From an uncultured Gemmatimonadales bacterium (GTDB taxonomy: Bacteria > Gemmatimonadota > Gemmatimonadetes > Longimicrobiales > Gaopeijiaceae): a stretch of 64,000 nucleotides of DNA. The DNA lies in assembly GCA_963809895.1 (NCBI GenBank), contig CAWELD010000003.1, forward strand, positions 1,952,001 to 2,016,000, written 5' to 3'. The position numbers were made by a program, and so were the translations under genes. Position 1 is the stretch's first letter; every line of letters starts with the position of its first letter. The notes beneath the pieces were generated by a model. That model saw only the letters and a program-made list of their open reading frames with translations, was not told the origin of the DNA and did not search any database. Below, in pieces: positions 51,504-64,000 of the stretch.

Positions 51504-53168
51504 TCATCCCTCCACGTGCCGCGCGACCTGCTCCGGGAAGTAGCGCACCAGGCTCTCGGTGACCAGGGGCGCGGCCACGCCCAGCCCGCAGGCCGACGTG
51601 CGCTTCATGGTGCCGCCCATGTCGGCCACCTCGTCGAGCCAGGCCTCCAGGTCCGCGGGGCCGGCGGTCCCCGACAGGCGCTCGGTCAGACGGCGCGTGC
51701 CGATGCGGCACGGGAAGCACTTGCCGCACGACTCGTGGGCGAAGAAGTCCATGGCCCAGCGGGCGACCTCCACCATGTCACGGGTGTCGTCGAAGACCAT
51801 GACGCCGCCCGCGCCCAGGAAGGAGCCTCGCTCGCGGAGCGCCGGCTCGTCCAGCGTCACCCGCAGGTCATCGCCACCGAGGAATCCCCCGGAGAGCCCC
51901 GCCATGGTGACGGCCTGCACGGTGCGCCCCTCCCCCGCCCCGCCGGCGCCTTCCAGCAGCGCCTGCAGCGGCAGGCCCACCGGGACCTCGTAGTTGCCGG
52001 GGCGCGCCACGTCGCCGGACAGCGAGATGATCTTGGTGCCCGCGTGCTCGCCCCGGCCCAGGCCGCGGTACCAGTCGGAACCCTCGGTCAGGATGGGCGG
52101 CACCGACGCCAGCGTCTCCACGTTGTTCACCGCCGTGGGCGTGCCCTCGTAGCCGTGGGTCACCGGGTACGGGGGTCGGTTCCGGGGGAACGGATGCTTG
52201 CCTTCCAGCGAGTTCAGCAGCGAGGTCTCCTCGCCGCAGATGTAGGCGCCGGCGCCCCGACGCAGGTGGATGGTGAAGCTGAAGTGCGAGCCCAGGATGC
52301 CGTCGCCCAGCAACCCCGCCTCTTCGGCTTCGGCAATGGCCCGCGCCAGCGTCTCGGCGGTCTCCGGGTATTCGTACCTCAGGTAGATGAAGCCCCGGGT
52401 GGCACCGGTGGCGTACGCGGCCAGCGCCATGCCCTCGAGCACGGCGTGGGGATCGTGGTCCATGAGCACCCGGTCCTTGAAGCACCCGGGCTCCCCCTCG
52501 TCGGCGTTGCACACCACGGTCTTGGGACCCCCGTCGGCGTCGCGCACGGCCCGCCACTTGCGCCCCGTGGGGAAGCCGGCGCCGCCGCGGCCCGCCAACC
52601 CGCTGGCGTCCACCGCGCTCAGAACCTCTTCGGGCGTCATGACGCCTACCGCCTTCTCCAGGGCGGCGTACCCGCCGGTGCGGCGGTAGCCGGCCAGGGT
52701 GGCGCGCCCCTCGTCCCGGATGTGGCGGAAGACGCACTCCTGCACGCCCTCCAACGGCGCGGGAGGTAGCGGGCTCGGCCGGCTCTCCAGACCGTCGGCG
52801 CCCGGCGCCGCCACCAGCGTGTGGTGGCCCCTGAGGACCGGGACGGGCTCGTCGCAGCGGCCGCTGCACGGCATGGCGGTGGCCCCGTCGAGCTCGGCGA
52901 GGAGCTCGGGCGCGCCGTTCATGCAGCACACGGGACCGGTGCACACCCGCGGCCGCTCCAGTCCTCCCGGCTCCCGGGCGAAGTGGTGGTAGAAGGTCAC
53001 CGTGCCGTACAGGTCGGCCAGGGGAATGCGCAGCCCCTGGGCCACGGCCTTGAGCGCCTCGTCGGAGAGGTAGCCGTCGCGGTCGTGGAAGGCGTGCAGG
53101 AGCGGCAGCAGCGGCGCCGGCTCGTCCTTCCAGCGGCGGATCAGGTCGTCATCGTTGGGTCGGCTCAT
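51504..53168 (-). CDS. NuoE/NuoF fusion (NADH-binding diaphorase subunit, probable FDH partner)
   Basis: GTVTFY, VCTGPVC, GRGGAGFPTG, CNADEGEPG, YICGEET, ESCGKCFPCRIG. Confidence 0.9.
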   Translation of the reverse strand: MSRPNDDDLIRRWKDEPAPLLPLLHAFHDRDGYLSDEALKAVAQGLRIPLADLYGTVTFYHHFAREPGGLERPRVCTGPVCCMNGAPELLAELDGATAMPCSGRCDEPVPVLRGHHTLVAAPGADGLESRPSPLPPAPLEGVQECVFRHIRDEGRATLAGYRRTGGYAALEKAVGVMTPEEVLSAVDASGLAGRGGAGFPTGRKWRAVRDADGGPKTVVCNADEGEPGCFKDRVLMDHDPHAVLEGMALAAYATGATRGFIYLRYEYPETAETLARAIAEAEEAGLLGDGILGSHFSFTIHLRRGAGAYICGEETSLLNSLEGKHPFPRNRPPYPVTHGYEGTPTAVNNVETLASVPPILTEGSDWYRGLGRGEHAGTKIISLSGDVARPGNYEVPVGLPLQALLEGAGGAGEGRTVQAVTMAGLSGGFLGGDDLRVTLDEPALRERGSFLGAGGVMVFDDTRDMVEVARWAMDFFAHESCGKCFPCRIGTRRLTERLSGTAGPADLEAWLDEVADMGGTMKRTSACGLGVAAPLVTESLVRYFPEQVARHVEG

Positions 53169-53209
53169 GGTCCTGCTCCATCCACTCCGTTCTCGAAGGC
53201 TGGAGGCGG

Positions 53210-56553
<3,344 letters not shown>

Positions 56554-56569
56554 GGTCGAGGAGGAGGGC

Positions 56570-57802
56570 GTGGGACAGGACAGGGTACGCGGCCCGGCCT
56601 CGGGGCGCCACCGGCGACGCACCGGGCCGGGGGTCGTGCTCGCTGCCACGGGCCTGGGCGCCCTGGTCGCGACATCGTGCTCCACGCCCCCGGCGCCGCC
56701 CACCCCCCCGGCGACCCTCGAAGCCGCCCTCCCCGCGGCCGACAGCGTGGAGGCGCTACTGGTGCTCCTGGGCGACGGCGGCGAGGCGCTCCCCGGCCGC
56801 AGCCCCGTGTTCGCCCGCGCCGCCGACGAAGTGGAGGCGTGGGCGCCGCGCCTGGACAGCGGCACGGTACGGGTGGTGCTCCTGGGTGACCTGGTCTACC
56901 CCGAGGGCGTGCGCCCGCCCGATGAGCCCGAGTACGCCCGGGACACCCTGCGGCTGCACGCTCAGCTCGCGCCGGTCCTCGGCCCCGAGGCCCGCGCTCG
57001 CGGGGCCCACCTGGACCTGGTGCCGGGCAACCACGACTGGGGGCAGAAGGGCGGCCAGGAAGGCCGCGCGCGCCTCTCCAATCTGGTGGCCGTGGTGGAT
57101 GGCTGGAGGGCTGCGGGGATTCCCGCCGTCGTGCGTCCCGACGACGGTGGCTTCGGACCCGCCGTGCTCGACGTGGGCGCCTCGCACCGCCTGCTCTTCC
57201 TGGACACCCAGGCCTGGCTCGTGGCCGCGGACACCCTGCGCCCCGCCGACGAGGCCGCGCTGGCCGAGGCCATGGGGAGCGCCGGCGGACGCACGGTGAG
57301 CGTCTTCGCCCACCACCCGCTCCTGAGCGGCGGCGAGCACTCCACCGATCCGCCGGGCGGCAGCCTGGGCGGGCTGCGCCGCTGGTTGTCCCGCAGCGGC
57401 GCCCTGGTCCAGGACGCCTCGTCGGGACCCTACGGCGCCCTCATCGACTCCATGCGAGCCGTGTTCCGTCGCGGAACGCCACCCCTGGTGTGGGCGTCGG
57501 GACACGACCACTCTCTCCAGTTGCTGGCGGGGACCGAGCCCGGCGATCCGCGCTGGACCGTGGTGACCGGCTCCGCCTCCAAGCTGGACGAGGTGGCCGG
57601 CGCGCCGGGGATGGTGGTCGGCGGCTCCTGGCCGGGATTCACCGAGCTCTTCCTGATGCGAGACGGGAGCGTCCAGATCCGGGTCATGGCGGGACAGGCG
57701 GACGCGCAGGCGTGCCCCGCCTCCGAAGGCCCCCTGCTCGACCAGTGCATGCGGGCGGGCGAAGACGGCATCCGACCGGTACTGAGCCGCCGCCTGCGCT
57801 GA
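56570..57802 (+). CDS. Calcineurin-like metallophosphoesterase (probable lipoprotein)
   Basis: LGDGG, LGDLVY, PGNHDW, HHP, SGHDH; GAGGAG RBS before GTG 56570 (start uncertain). Confidence 0.82.
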   Translation: MGQDRVRGPASGRHRRRTGPGVVLAATGLGALVATSCSTPPAPPTPPATLEAALPAADSVEALLVLLGDGGEALPGRSPVFARAADEVEAWAPRLDSGTVRVVLLGDLVYPEGVRPPDEPEYARDTLRLHAQLAPVLGPEARARGAHLDLVPGNHDWGQKGGQEGRARLSNLVAVVDGWRAAGIPAVVRPDDGGFGPAVLDVGASHRLLFLDTQAWLVAADTLRPADEAALAEAMGSAGGRTVSVFAHHPLLSGGEHSTDPPGGSLGGLRRWLSRSGALVQDASSGPYGALIDSMRAVFRRGTPPLVWASGHDHSLQLLAGTEPGDPRWTVVTGSASKLDEVAGAPGMVVGGSWPGFTELFLMRDGSVQIRVMAGQADAQACPASEGPLLDQCMRAGEDGIRPVLSRRLR

Positions 57803-57830
57803 CAATCCAACTGCAGAGGAGATCACACCC

Positions 57831-58190
57831 GTGCGCAATTTCATCATCCGGCTGTTCGTCAACGCCCTGGCGCTGTCCGCGGCCTCCTACCTCATCGGTG
57901 GCATCACGCTGGCCGGCGGATTCGGTCAGGTGCTCCTGGTGGCGCTGGTGTTCGGTCTCGTCAACGCGCTGCTCAAACCCGTCATGATGTTGCTGTCGCT
58001 GCCCCTGCTGCTGCTCACGCTCGGGCTCTTCACCCTGGTCATCAACGCCGTGCTGCTCCTGATCACGGCACGGCTCACCGACGCCCTCTCGGTTTCGGGC
58101 TTCGGCACGGCGGTGCTGGGCAGCCTGGTGATCTCCATCGTCAGCATGGTACTCAACGGGCTCCTCTCCGACGACAGGAAGAAGGGCTGA
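57831..58190 (+). CDS. YvlD/DUF360 (phage holin family 4) membrane protein
   Basis: GLVNALLKPV..LSLPL..LTLGLFTLVINA. Confidence 0.9.
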   Translation: MRNFIIRLFVNALALSAASYLIGGITLAGGFGQVLLVALVFGLVNALLKPVMMLLSLPLLLLTLGLFTLVINAVLLLITARLTDALSVSGFGTAVLGSLVISIVSMVLNGLLSDDRKKG

Positions 58191-59356
58191 CGCTGGAGCT
58201 CTTCGTCGTCACGGCGCCGGGTCTGGAGGAGATCACCGCCCGGGAGATCCAGGCGCTGGGGGTCGCTCCGGGTCCGCGGGAGCCCGGGGGGATCGCGCTC
58301 CAGGGTGACGCCCGTGCGCTCCAGCGTCTCAACCTGGAGCTCCGCACAGCCACCCGCGTGCTCGTGCGCCTGGCCGGTTTCCGGGCCGCCTCGTTCGCCG
58401 AGCTCGAGCGGGAAGCGGCCCGGGTGTCGTGGGAGCAGGTGCTGGCTCCCGGCACCGCCATCGACCTGCGGGTCACCTGCCGCAAATCCCGCCTCTACCA
58501 CTCCGGGGCCGTGGCCGAGCGGCTCCTGCGGGGTGCGGCGGCCCGGGTGCCCGGAGTGCGCGCGGCCGGCAGCGGCGACGACGAGCCCGACGACGCAGCG
58601 GCCGGGCCCGCCCAGCGCATCGTCGCCCGCCTGGTCCGGAACCGGCTCACGCTCAGCGCCGACAGCTCCGGCGAGGCGCTCCACCGCCGCGGGTACCGGG
58701 AAGCGGTGGCCAAGGCTCCGCTGAGGGAATCGCTGGCGGCGGCGGTCCTGATGGCGGCGGGCTGGACCCCGGAGGCGCCCCTGGTGGATCCGCTGTGCGG
58801 TTCGGGCACGCTGGTGCTGGAGGCCGCCCTCATGGCCCGAGCCATCCCTCCGGGCTGGCGGCGCACGTTCGCGTTCCAGCACTGGCCGGGCCACGACGAG
58901 AGCGCGTGGCGGGCGCTCCGGGATCAGGCGGGCGCCGGCATCCGGGACGGGGCACCGGCTCCGCTGTGGGGGTCGGACCGCGACCCCGGCGCCGTGCGGG
59001 CCGCCACGGACAACGCCGTCCGTGCCGGCGTGGCGGCCGACGTAGGCTTCGAACGGCTGGCGGTCTCCGACGCGCGGCCTCCCGCAGGCCACCCGGGCCG
59101 TGGGTGGCTGGTCACCAATCCCCCGTGGGGCGCGCGCATCGGCGACGAAGGCCCGCTCCGGGACCTGTACGCCCGCCTGGGCCAGGTCGCCCGGCGACGC
59201 TTCGGCGGCTGGACGATGGCGGTGCTGTCCGCCTCACCCCGCCTGCTGGGCCACGTGGGGCTGCCCCTGACCGAGCGGCTCGCCTTCGAGAGCGGCGGCC
59301 GCCGCGTGCACCTTCACGTGGGCCCCGTGCCGGCGGCTCACGACGACGACACCTGA
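58187..59356 (+). CDS. THUMP-domain class I SAM RNA methyltransferase (RlmL-like); probable CTG start
   Basis: FVVTAPGLEE, DSSGEALHRRGYR, APLRESLAAA, DPLCGSGT, NPPWG. Confidence 0.85.
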   Translation: MTLELFVVTAPGLEEITAREIQALGVAPGPREPGGIALQGDARALQRLNLELRTATRVLVRLAGFRAASFAELEREAARVSWEQVLAPGTAIDLRVTCRKSRLYHSGAVAERLLRGAAARVPGVRAAGSGDDEPDDAAAGPAQRIVARLVRNRLTLSADSSGEALHRRGYREAVAKAPLRESLAAAVLMAAGWTPEAPLVDPLCGSGTLVLEAALMARAIPPGWRRTFAFQHWPGHDESAWRALRDQAGAGIRDGAPAPLWGSDRDPGAVRAATDNAVRAGVAADVGFERLAVSDARPPAGHPGRGWLVTNPPWGARIGDEGPLRDLYARLGQVARRRFGGWTMAVLSASPRLLGHVGLPLTERLAFESGGRRVHLHVGPVPAAHDDDT

Positions 59357-59366
59357 GCACCGCGGC

Positions 59367-61793
59367 TCACTCGCTGCGGAGCGCCTCCACCGGGGCCACC
59401 CGGGTCGCCCGCAGGGCCGGCACCAGCGTGGCCGCCAACCCGGTGAGCGTCAGCAGCGCGAACACCCCCAGGTAGGTGGTGGGATCCCAGGGCTTGGCCT
59501 CGTAGAGCAGGATGCCCAGCCCTCGCGCCACCAGCACCGCCAATCCCGTGCCCAGCACGAGCCCGAGGGCGATCTGACGCATCCCCTGACGCATGACCAG
59601 GCTCCGCACCTGCCGGCCCTCGGCGCCCAGCGCCATGCGAATCCCCATCTCCGGCGCCCGCCGGCTCACCGAGAAGGACATCACGCCGTAGAGCCCCACG
59701 GAAGCCAGGAAGAGCGCCGCCACGCCGAAGGCGGCGAACAGCGTGCCGAAGACCCGATAGAACCAGAGGTTGTCGTCGATGCGCCCGCGCAGCGTGTCGA
59801 CCCAGTAGATGGGCGTGTCGGGATCGGCGGCGGCCACGGCGTCCCGGACCTGCGCGGTCAGCGCCAGCGGCTGGCCGTCCACCCGCGCCGCCAGCGAGAC
59901 GAAGCGGGTGTCGTACTGGGCCAGGGGCAGGTAGAAGCCGGCCGGGGGATCGTCGTCGGGATCGCCCACGCCCTCCATGCCCAGGTCCGGCACCACGCCC
60001 ACGATCTCCCGCCAGGGATCGGTGGAATCCAGGCCTCCGAGACGGATGCGCCGCCCCAGCACCTGGCCGTCGGGAAAGTGGTCGCGGGCGAAGCTCTCGT
60101 TCACCACGACCACCGGCGCCGCGTCGGCACCGTCGAGGCGGTTGAGCGTGCGGCCCTGGAGGGCCTCCACCTGGAACGCCTCCAGGTACCCCGGGGTCAC
60201 CGCCGCCCAGCGGGCGGTGGGCAGATCCCGGTCCTCGGTGTAGCTCTCGCCGTCCACGGCGAGTCGGCCGTTGTTGGCGCCCTGTCCGGGGAGCGAGGTG
60301 CCGAGCCCCGCGGCCCGTACGCCGGGCAGCGCGGCCAGGCGCCCCTCCACGTCGTCCCAGAAGCGCAGCCGCGCCGAAGCGTCGGGGAAGCGCTCCTCGA
60401 AGACCCCCACGCGAGCCGTGAACACGTTCTCCGACGGGAAGGGCAGCGCCATGCGGTCCACCCTGACCGCGCTCTTCACCAGCAGCCCCGAGGCGACCAG
60501 AAGCGCCACCGACATGGCCACCTCGGCCACCACCAGCCAGCGGCTCAGTCGGCCGATGTGGAGCCCCGACGAGCCGCGGGACTCGTCCTTGAGCACGGAG
60601 TTCACGTCGGTGGCCGAGGCTCGCAGCGCGGGAATCGCGCCGCTGACCAGCGCCGCCAGCGCGGAGATCCCCACGACGAACGCCAGGATGGGCAGGTCCA
60701 GCGTGAACTGGAACCAGAAGGGTGGGTCGGTGCCCGCCACGGCCCGCGCGAAGAGGGTGATCCCCACCCACGCCACCGCGGTGCCCAGCACGGCGCCCGC
60801 CGCCGCCAATACCCCGGCCTCACCCATGAGCTGGACGATGACCCGAGCCCGGCTGGCGCCCATGGCGGTGCGGATGGCCACGTCGCGCGTGCGCACGGCC
60901 GCCCGCGCCAGCAGGAGGTTCGCCACGTTGGCGCAGGCGATGAGCAGGACCATGACCACCGTGGCCAGCATGGTGAGCAGGATGCCCCGCTCCTCATTGC
61001 CCATGAAGGCCTCGGTGTAGGGACGAATACGCGCTACCACCCCCTCGTTGGTCTCGGGATGCTCGCTGGCGAGCTGGCTGGCGATCCCCGAGAACTCCAC
61101 CATGGCCTGATCGACGGACACGCCCTCGCGGAGCTTGCCGAAGACCGACACGCTCTGCCCCTCACCCCGGGGAATCGCCACCGGGTCGAGGCGGAGCGGG
61201 ACCCACACCTCCTGCAGCTCGGGAAAGGCGAATCCCTCGGGGAGCACGCCCACCACCTGCCCCGCCTCGCCGTTCACCGTGACGCTCCGGCCCACCACGT
61301 CACGGTCCCCGCCGAAGCGCTGTTGCCAGGCGCGGTAGCCCAGCAGGAGGGCCATGGGCGCGCCGGGCTGCATGTCGTCCTGCGTGAATCCGCGCCCCAG
61401 GATGGGCTGCACACCCAGGATTTCCAGGGTGTTGGCGGTCATGAAGGCGCCGTCGTAGCGCTCGGGGCGCTCGCTGCCGCGCACGTTGACCGTGCCCTGG
61501 AAGAGGGCGCCGAGGTCTTCGAACGAACGCTGCCGGGCCCGCCAATCGGTGTAGTCGTGGATGGACACGGCCATGCCCTCGTAGCCCTGTGCGGGACGGG
61601 ACTCGTCGAGGGTCATGATGCGCTCGGCTCCGTCGAAGGGGAGCCCCCGATAGAGGGCGCCGTAGACGATGGAGAACATGACCGCCGTGAGGCCGATCCC
61701 CAGACCCAGGGCCAGCACCGCGATGACCGACACGCCGGGGTTCCTGAACAGGCCCCGGCCCGCGTATCGAAGATCCTTCAGGAAGGTGTCCAC
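59367..61793 (-). CDS. Duplicated MacB/FtsX-type ABC permease
   Basis: DLRYA.R.L, LLIACANVANLLLAR, GLYGVMS..RR..EMGIRMALGA, PALRATRV.P..ALR.E. Confidence 0.93.
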   Translation of the reverse strand: MDTFLKDLRYAGRGLFRNPGVSVIAVLALGLGIGLTAVMFSIVYGALYRGLPFDGAERIMTLDESRPAQGYEGMAVSIHDYTDWRARQRSFEDLGALFQGTVNVRGSERPERYDGAFMTANTLEILGVQPILGRGFTQDDMQPGAPMALLLGYRAWQQRFGGDRDVVGRSVTVNGEAGQVVGVLPEGFAFPELQEVWVPLRLDPVAIPRGEGQSVSVFGKLREGVSVDQAMVEFSGIASQLASEHPETNEGVVARIRPYTEAFMGNEERGILLTMLATVVMVLLIACANVANLLLARAAVRTRDVAIRTAMGASRARVIVQLMGEAGVLAAAGAVLGTAVAWVGITLFARAVAGTDPPFWFQFTLDLPILAFVVGISALAALVSGAIPALRASATDVNSVLKDESRGSSGLHIGRLSRWLVVAEVAMSVALLVASGLLVKSAVRVDRMALPFPSENVFTARVGVFEERFPDASARLRFWDDVEGRLAALPGVRAAGLGTSLPGQGANNGRLAVDGESYTEDRDLPTARWAAVTPGYLEAFQVEALQGRTLNRLDGADAAPVVVVNESFARDHFPDGQVLGRRIRLGGLDSTDPWREIVGVVPDLGMEGVGDPDDDPPAGFYLPLAQYDTRFVSLAARVDGQPLALTAQVRDAVAAADPDTPIYWVDTLRGRIDDNLWFYRVFGTLFAAFGVAALFLASVGLYGVMSFSVSRRAPEMGIRMALGAEGRQVRSLVMRQGMRQIALGLVLGTGLAVLVARGLGILLYEAKPWDPTTYLGVFALLTLTGLAATLVPALRATRVAPVEALRSE

Positions 61794-61916
61794 GCCACAT
61801 CGTCCCTGCCGAGGTCGGCCTGCTGGAGATGCCGGCCCTACGGGGCGTTCGGTGGCGAGGTTTCGGGGGATTCCGGGACGGCGGGAGGGGCGCGGAAGCC
61901 CGCCCCACGGCGGATC

Positions 61917-62333
61917 TCAGCCGCCGGCGGGCGGCAGGGCCTCGTCCAGGAGGAAGAGGTCGGTGAGCAGGGAGCGCAGATGGATGTTGGCGTTGAGGTT
62001 GTCCACGAGCTGCGAGCTGATGGAGGAACGGCCCTCCACCAGTCGGACGGCAGCGCGGGCGGCCGCCGCGTCGCGGGCCAGGACGGCCACCGTGTCCCTC
62101 CAGGCATCCTCGGGCTCCAACCCGGCACCGGCCACGAGGCGCTCGGCCACCTCGGCCATGCCGTCCAGCGCGGCGCTCGTGCGCGCCAGGAAGTCCCGGA
62201 GCTGTCCTCCGCTCTTGGAGGCACCGTCGCCGGACACCCCCTGCGCCGCGTAGGCCAGGAAGAACTCGTAGCTCTCCTCCACGGCCTCGATGCGGGCGCG
62301 GAGCTCCCTCAGGGCCTCACTGGTCTCGCTCAC
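61917..62333 (-). CDS. Hypothetical helical protein
   Basis: EESYEFFLAYAAQG..ISSQLVDNLNANIHLRSLLTDLFLLDEAL; operonic position. Confidence 0.78.
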   Translation of the reverse strand: MSETSEALRELRARIEAVEESYEFFLAYAAQGVSGDGASKSGGQLRDFLARTSAALDGMAEVAERLVAGAGLEPEDAWRDTVAVLARDAAAARAAVRLVEGRSSISSQLVDNLNANIHLRSLLTDLFLLDEALPPAGG

Positions 62334-62349
62334 CGTCGCCGCTCCCGCC

Positions 62350-63246
62350 TCAGGGCTCGTCGCGCCGGGCCGAGGGCGCGCCTTCCAGCGCGGCCCCGCC
62401 CCCGGTCTGGCCGGGTGCCGGCGGGGCGGAGGCGGCCGGCCAACGGGCCGGGTCGTGGTGCGCCAGATAGTGCTCCCGGTCGATCCATCCCCGGATCATG
62501 GACCAGGTGATCCAGCGCTTCTCGGGGCGCACGGCGAAGTACACGTGCGCCGCCACGAGCCCGATGAGCGCCACGCCGGACAGCCCGTGCACGACGTAGA
62601 TCACGCCCCAGGTGGTGTCGGCCAGCAGGTACGGGTTCCGGGTCCAGAAGGGCGTGTCGATGCGGACCATCATGAGCAGGCCCGTGGCCACGGCGCCCAG
62701 CGTGGCGATGCCCGCCATGTGGTGGTAGAGGCGGTGGTCGAAGGGATACTTGCCCGAGCGCGGCGGCGGCTCGTCGCCCGGAGCCAGGGCGTGGCGGAGC
62801 TCCCGCATCCCCTGGCCCAGCTCCCGGGGCGCGATCCAGATCGACCGCAGGTCCTGCCAGCCGATGGCGTGGATGACGTGGTAGACGAGCGCCGCGAACA
62901 GCAGGACCCCCGCCATCCAGTGGAGACGCACCCACGGAAACTGGAGCCCCAGCACCGGCACGAAGGCGGTGATGAGCAGCCCGAACACGGCCACGGACAT
63001 GGTCCAGTGGAAGGCCCGGGCGGCCAGCGAGTGCCGCTGGACCCGCTCCGGCACGCCCGGGGTGGTGCCCCCGGAAGGTGCAGGCGCCGCCTCCGCCGTG
63101 GCCGCGCCGCCTCGCAGGCGCATCCAGAGCGCGTGGCCGACCACGAAGGCCGCCGAGGCCAGCACCGCCAGCCACACCAGGTCCCAGCCGATGCCCACCA
63201 GCACCTGCTGGCCCCAGGGATTCGTGGCCCTGCGCAGGATCTCCAC
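62350..63246 (-). CDS. Cytochrome b/b6-domain protein (FdnI-like)
   Basis: RHSLAARAFHW, LHW, SGKY, VVHGL, AHVYFA, SMIRGW, HH.P.RW. Confidence 0.85.
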   Translation of the reverse strand: MEILRRATNPWGQQVLVGIGWDLVWLAVLASAAFVVGHALWMRLRGGAATAEAAPAPSGGTTPGVPERVQRHSLAARAFHWTMSVAVFGLLITAFVPVLGLQFPWVRLHWMAGVLLFAALVYHVIHAIGWQDLRSIWIAPRELGQGMRELRHALAPGDEPPPRSGKYPFDHRLYHHMAGIATLGAVATGLLMMVRIDTPFWTRNPYLLADTTWGVIYVVHGLSGVALIGLVAAHVYFAVRPEKRWITWSMIRGWIDREHYLAHHDPARWPAASAPPAPGQTGGGAALEGAPSARRDEP

Positions 63247-64000
63247 TACTCGGCGCTCCGCACGGCGCGGCGCACCAGGTTGCGCAGGAGAGGCACCTTG
63301 TAGCCGTTGTGACGGAGCGGCCGCGCGCCTTCCACCGCGACTTCACCGGCGGCCCGGGCGGTGTCCTCGCCGGTGGGAGCGCCGGCCAGCAGGCGCTCCA
63401 CCCGGTGCAGGCGGATCGGGTAGGGCGCCACCCCGTTCACGGCCACCCGCGCCTCCTGGATGCGCCCCCCGGACGTGCGGAAGGCACCGGCCACCGTGAC
63501 CAGCGAGAAGTCCCACGAGCCGCGGTCCCGCACCTTCTCGAAGTAGACCTGCGCCCCGGCCCAGGCCGCGGGCACCCGGATCGCGGTGAGGAGGTCGCCG
63601 GGCTCCAGCACGGTCATGCGGGTGATGTCCAGCGCCGGCCCGATGAAGTAGTCCTCCGCCTCGTGGACGTGCTCGCCGCGGCGATCCCGCACCACCATGC
63701 GCGCGTCCAGCGCGATGAGCGCCGGCGCCGTGTCCGACGGGTTCACGGCGACGCAGCGGCTGGCGCCCAGGATGCAGTGCTCCCGGTTCATGGCGTCGGG
63801 GGCCGAGGCGTAGCAGGTGTTGCCGCCGGCCCGGTAGCAGGGCCAGCCGCTCCGGTAGTACCAGCAGCGGGTGTCCTGCGACACGTTGCCCCCCAGCGTG
63901 CCCTGATTGCGGATCTGGGGCGTGGCCACGTGCCCCGCCGCATCGGCCAGGAGCGGATAGTCGGCCGTGATGCGGGGATGGTTCACGACCTCGGTGAGCG
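63246..64000 (-). CDS. Xanthine dehydrogenase-family FAD subunit (YagS/PaoB-like), 5' part outside window
   Basis: ATPQIRNQGTLGGN, Cys-rich insert CWYYR..C..C..C, PSDTAPAL, NGYKV. Confidence 0.9.
   Translation of the reverse strand, partial: LTEVVNHPRITADYPLLADAAGHVATPQIRNQGTLGGNVSQDTRCWYYRSGWPCYRAGGNTCYASAPDAMNREHCILGASRCVAVNPSDTAPALIALDARMVVRDRRGEHVHEAEDYFIGPALDITRMTVLEPGDLLTAIRVPAAWAGAQVYFEKVRDRGSWDFSLVTVAGAFRTSGGRIQEARVAVNGVAPYPIRLHRVERLLAGAPTGEDTARAAGEVAVEGARPLRHNGYKVPLLRNLVRRAVRSAE

Noticed and set aside
57831..58190. Prophage inferred from a holin-family gene
   Set aside because: YvlD/DUF360 proteins are common chromosomal genes, and no phage genes are nearby

Overview
High-GC bacterial chromosome segment. 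The gene repertoire (BlaI/M56 pair, PD40-amidohydrolase, duplicated MacB-type permease, 6-bladed propellers, VPS10/BNR protein) suggests Gemmatimonadota; this is inference only. Many long genes carry single-base frameshifts, probably long-read consensus errors. Backbone: three molybdoenzyme loci (an uncharacterised Fe-S/NrfD fusion + Mo subunit + TorD operon, a selenocysteine formate dehydrogenase with SECIS and a nearby NuoEF fusion, and the end of a xanthine-dehydrogenase-family operon with a cytochrome b), plus secreted hydrolases and peptidases. About 17.5-33.6 kb is a mosaic accessory region just downstream of an MBL-fold hydrolase gene. It holds secreted/lipoprotein cargo, an intact ISL3, a defective IS1380, a 1922-bp duplicated cytochrome c-PQQ dehydrogenase segment, and two displaced, synonymously recoded copies of 17 codons of the flanking MBL gene. 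A dispersed 174-bp element with GCCGTCAACC/GGTTGACGGC ends punctuates this region and also occurs three times at 515-1194. An XRE-MNT/HEPN toxin-antitoxin pair with an operator-like palindrome lies at 38.8-39.8 kb. No rRNA, tRNA, integrase, cas gene or canonical CRISPR array was seen.
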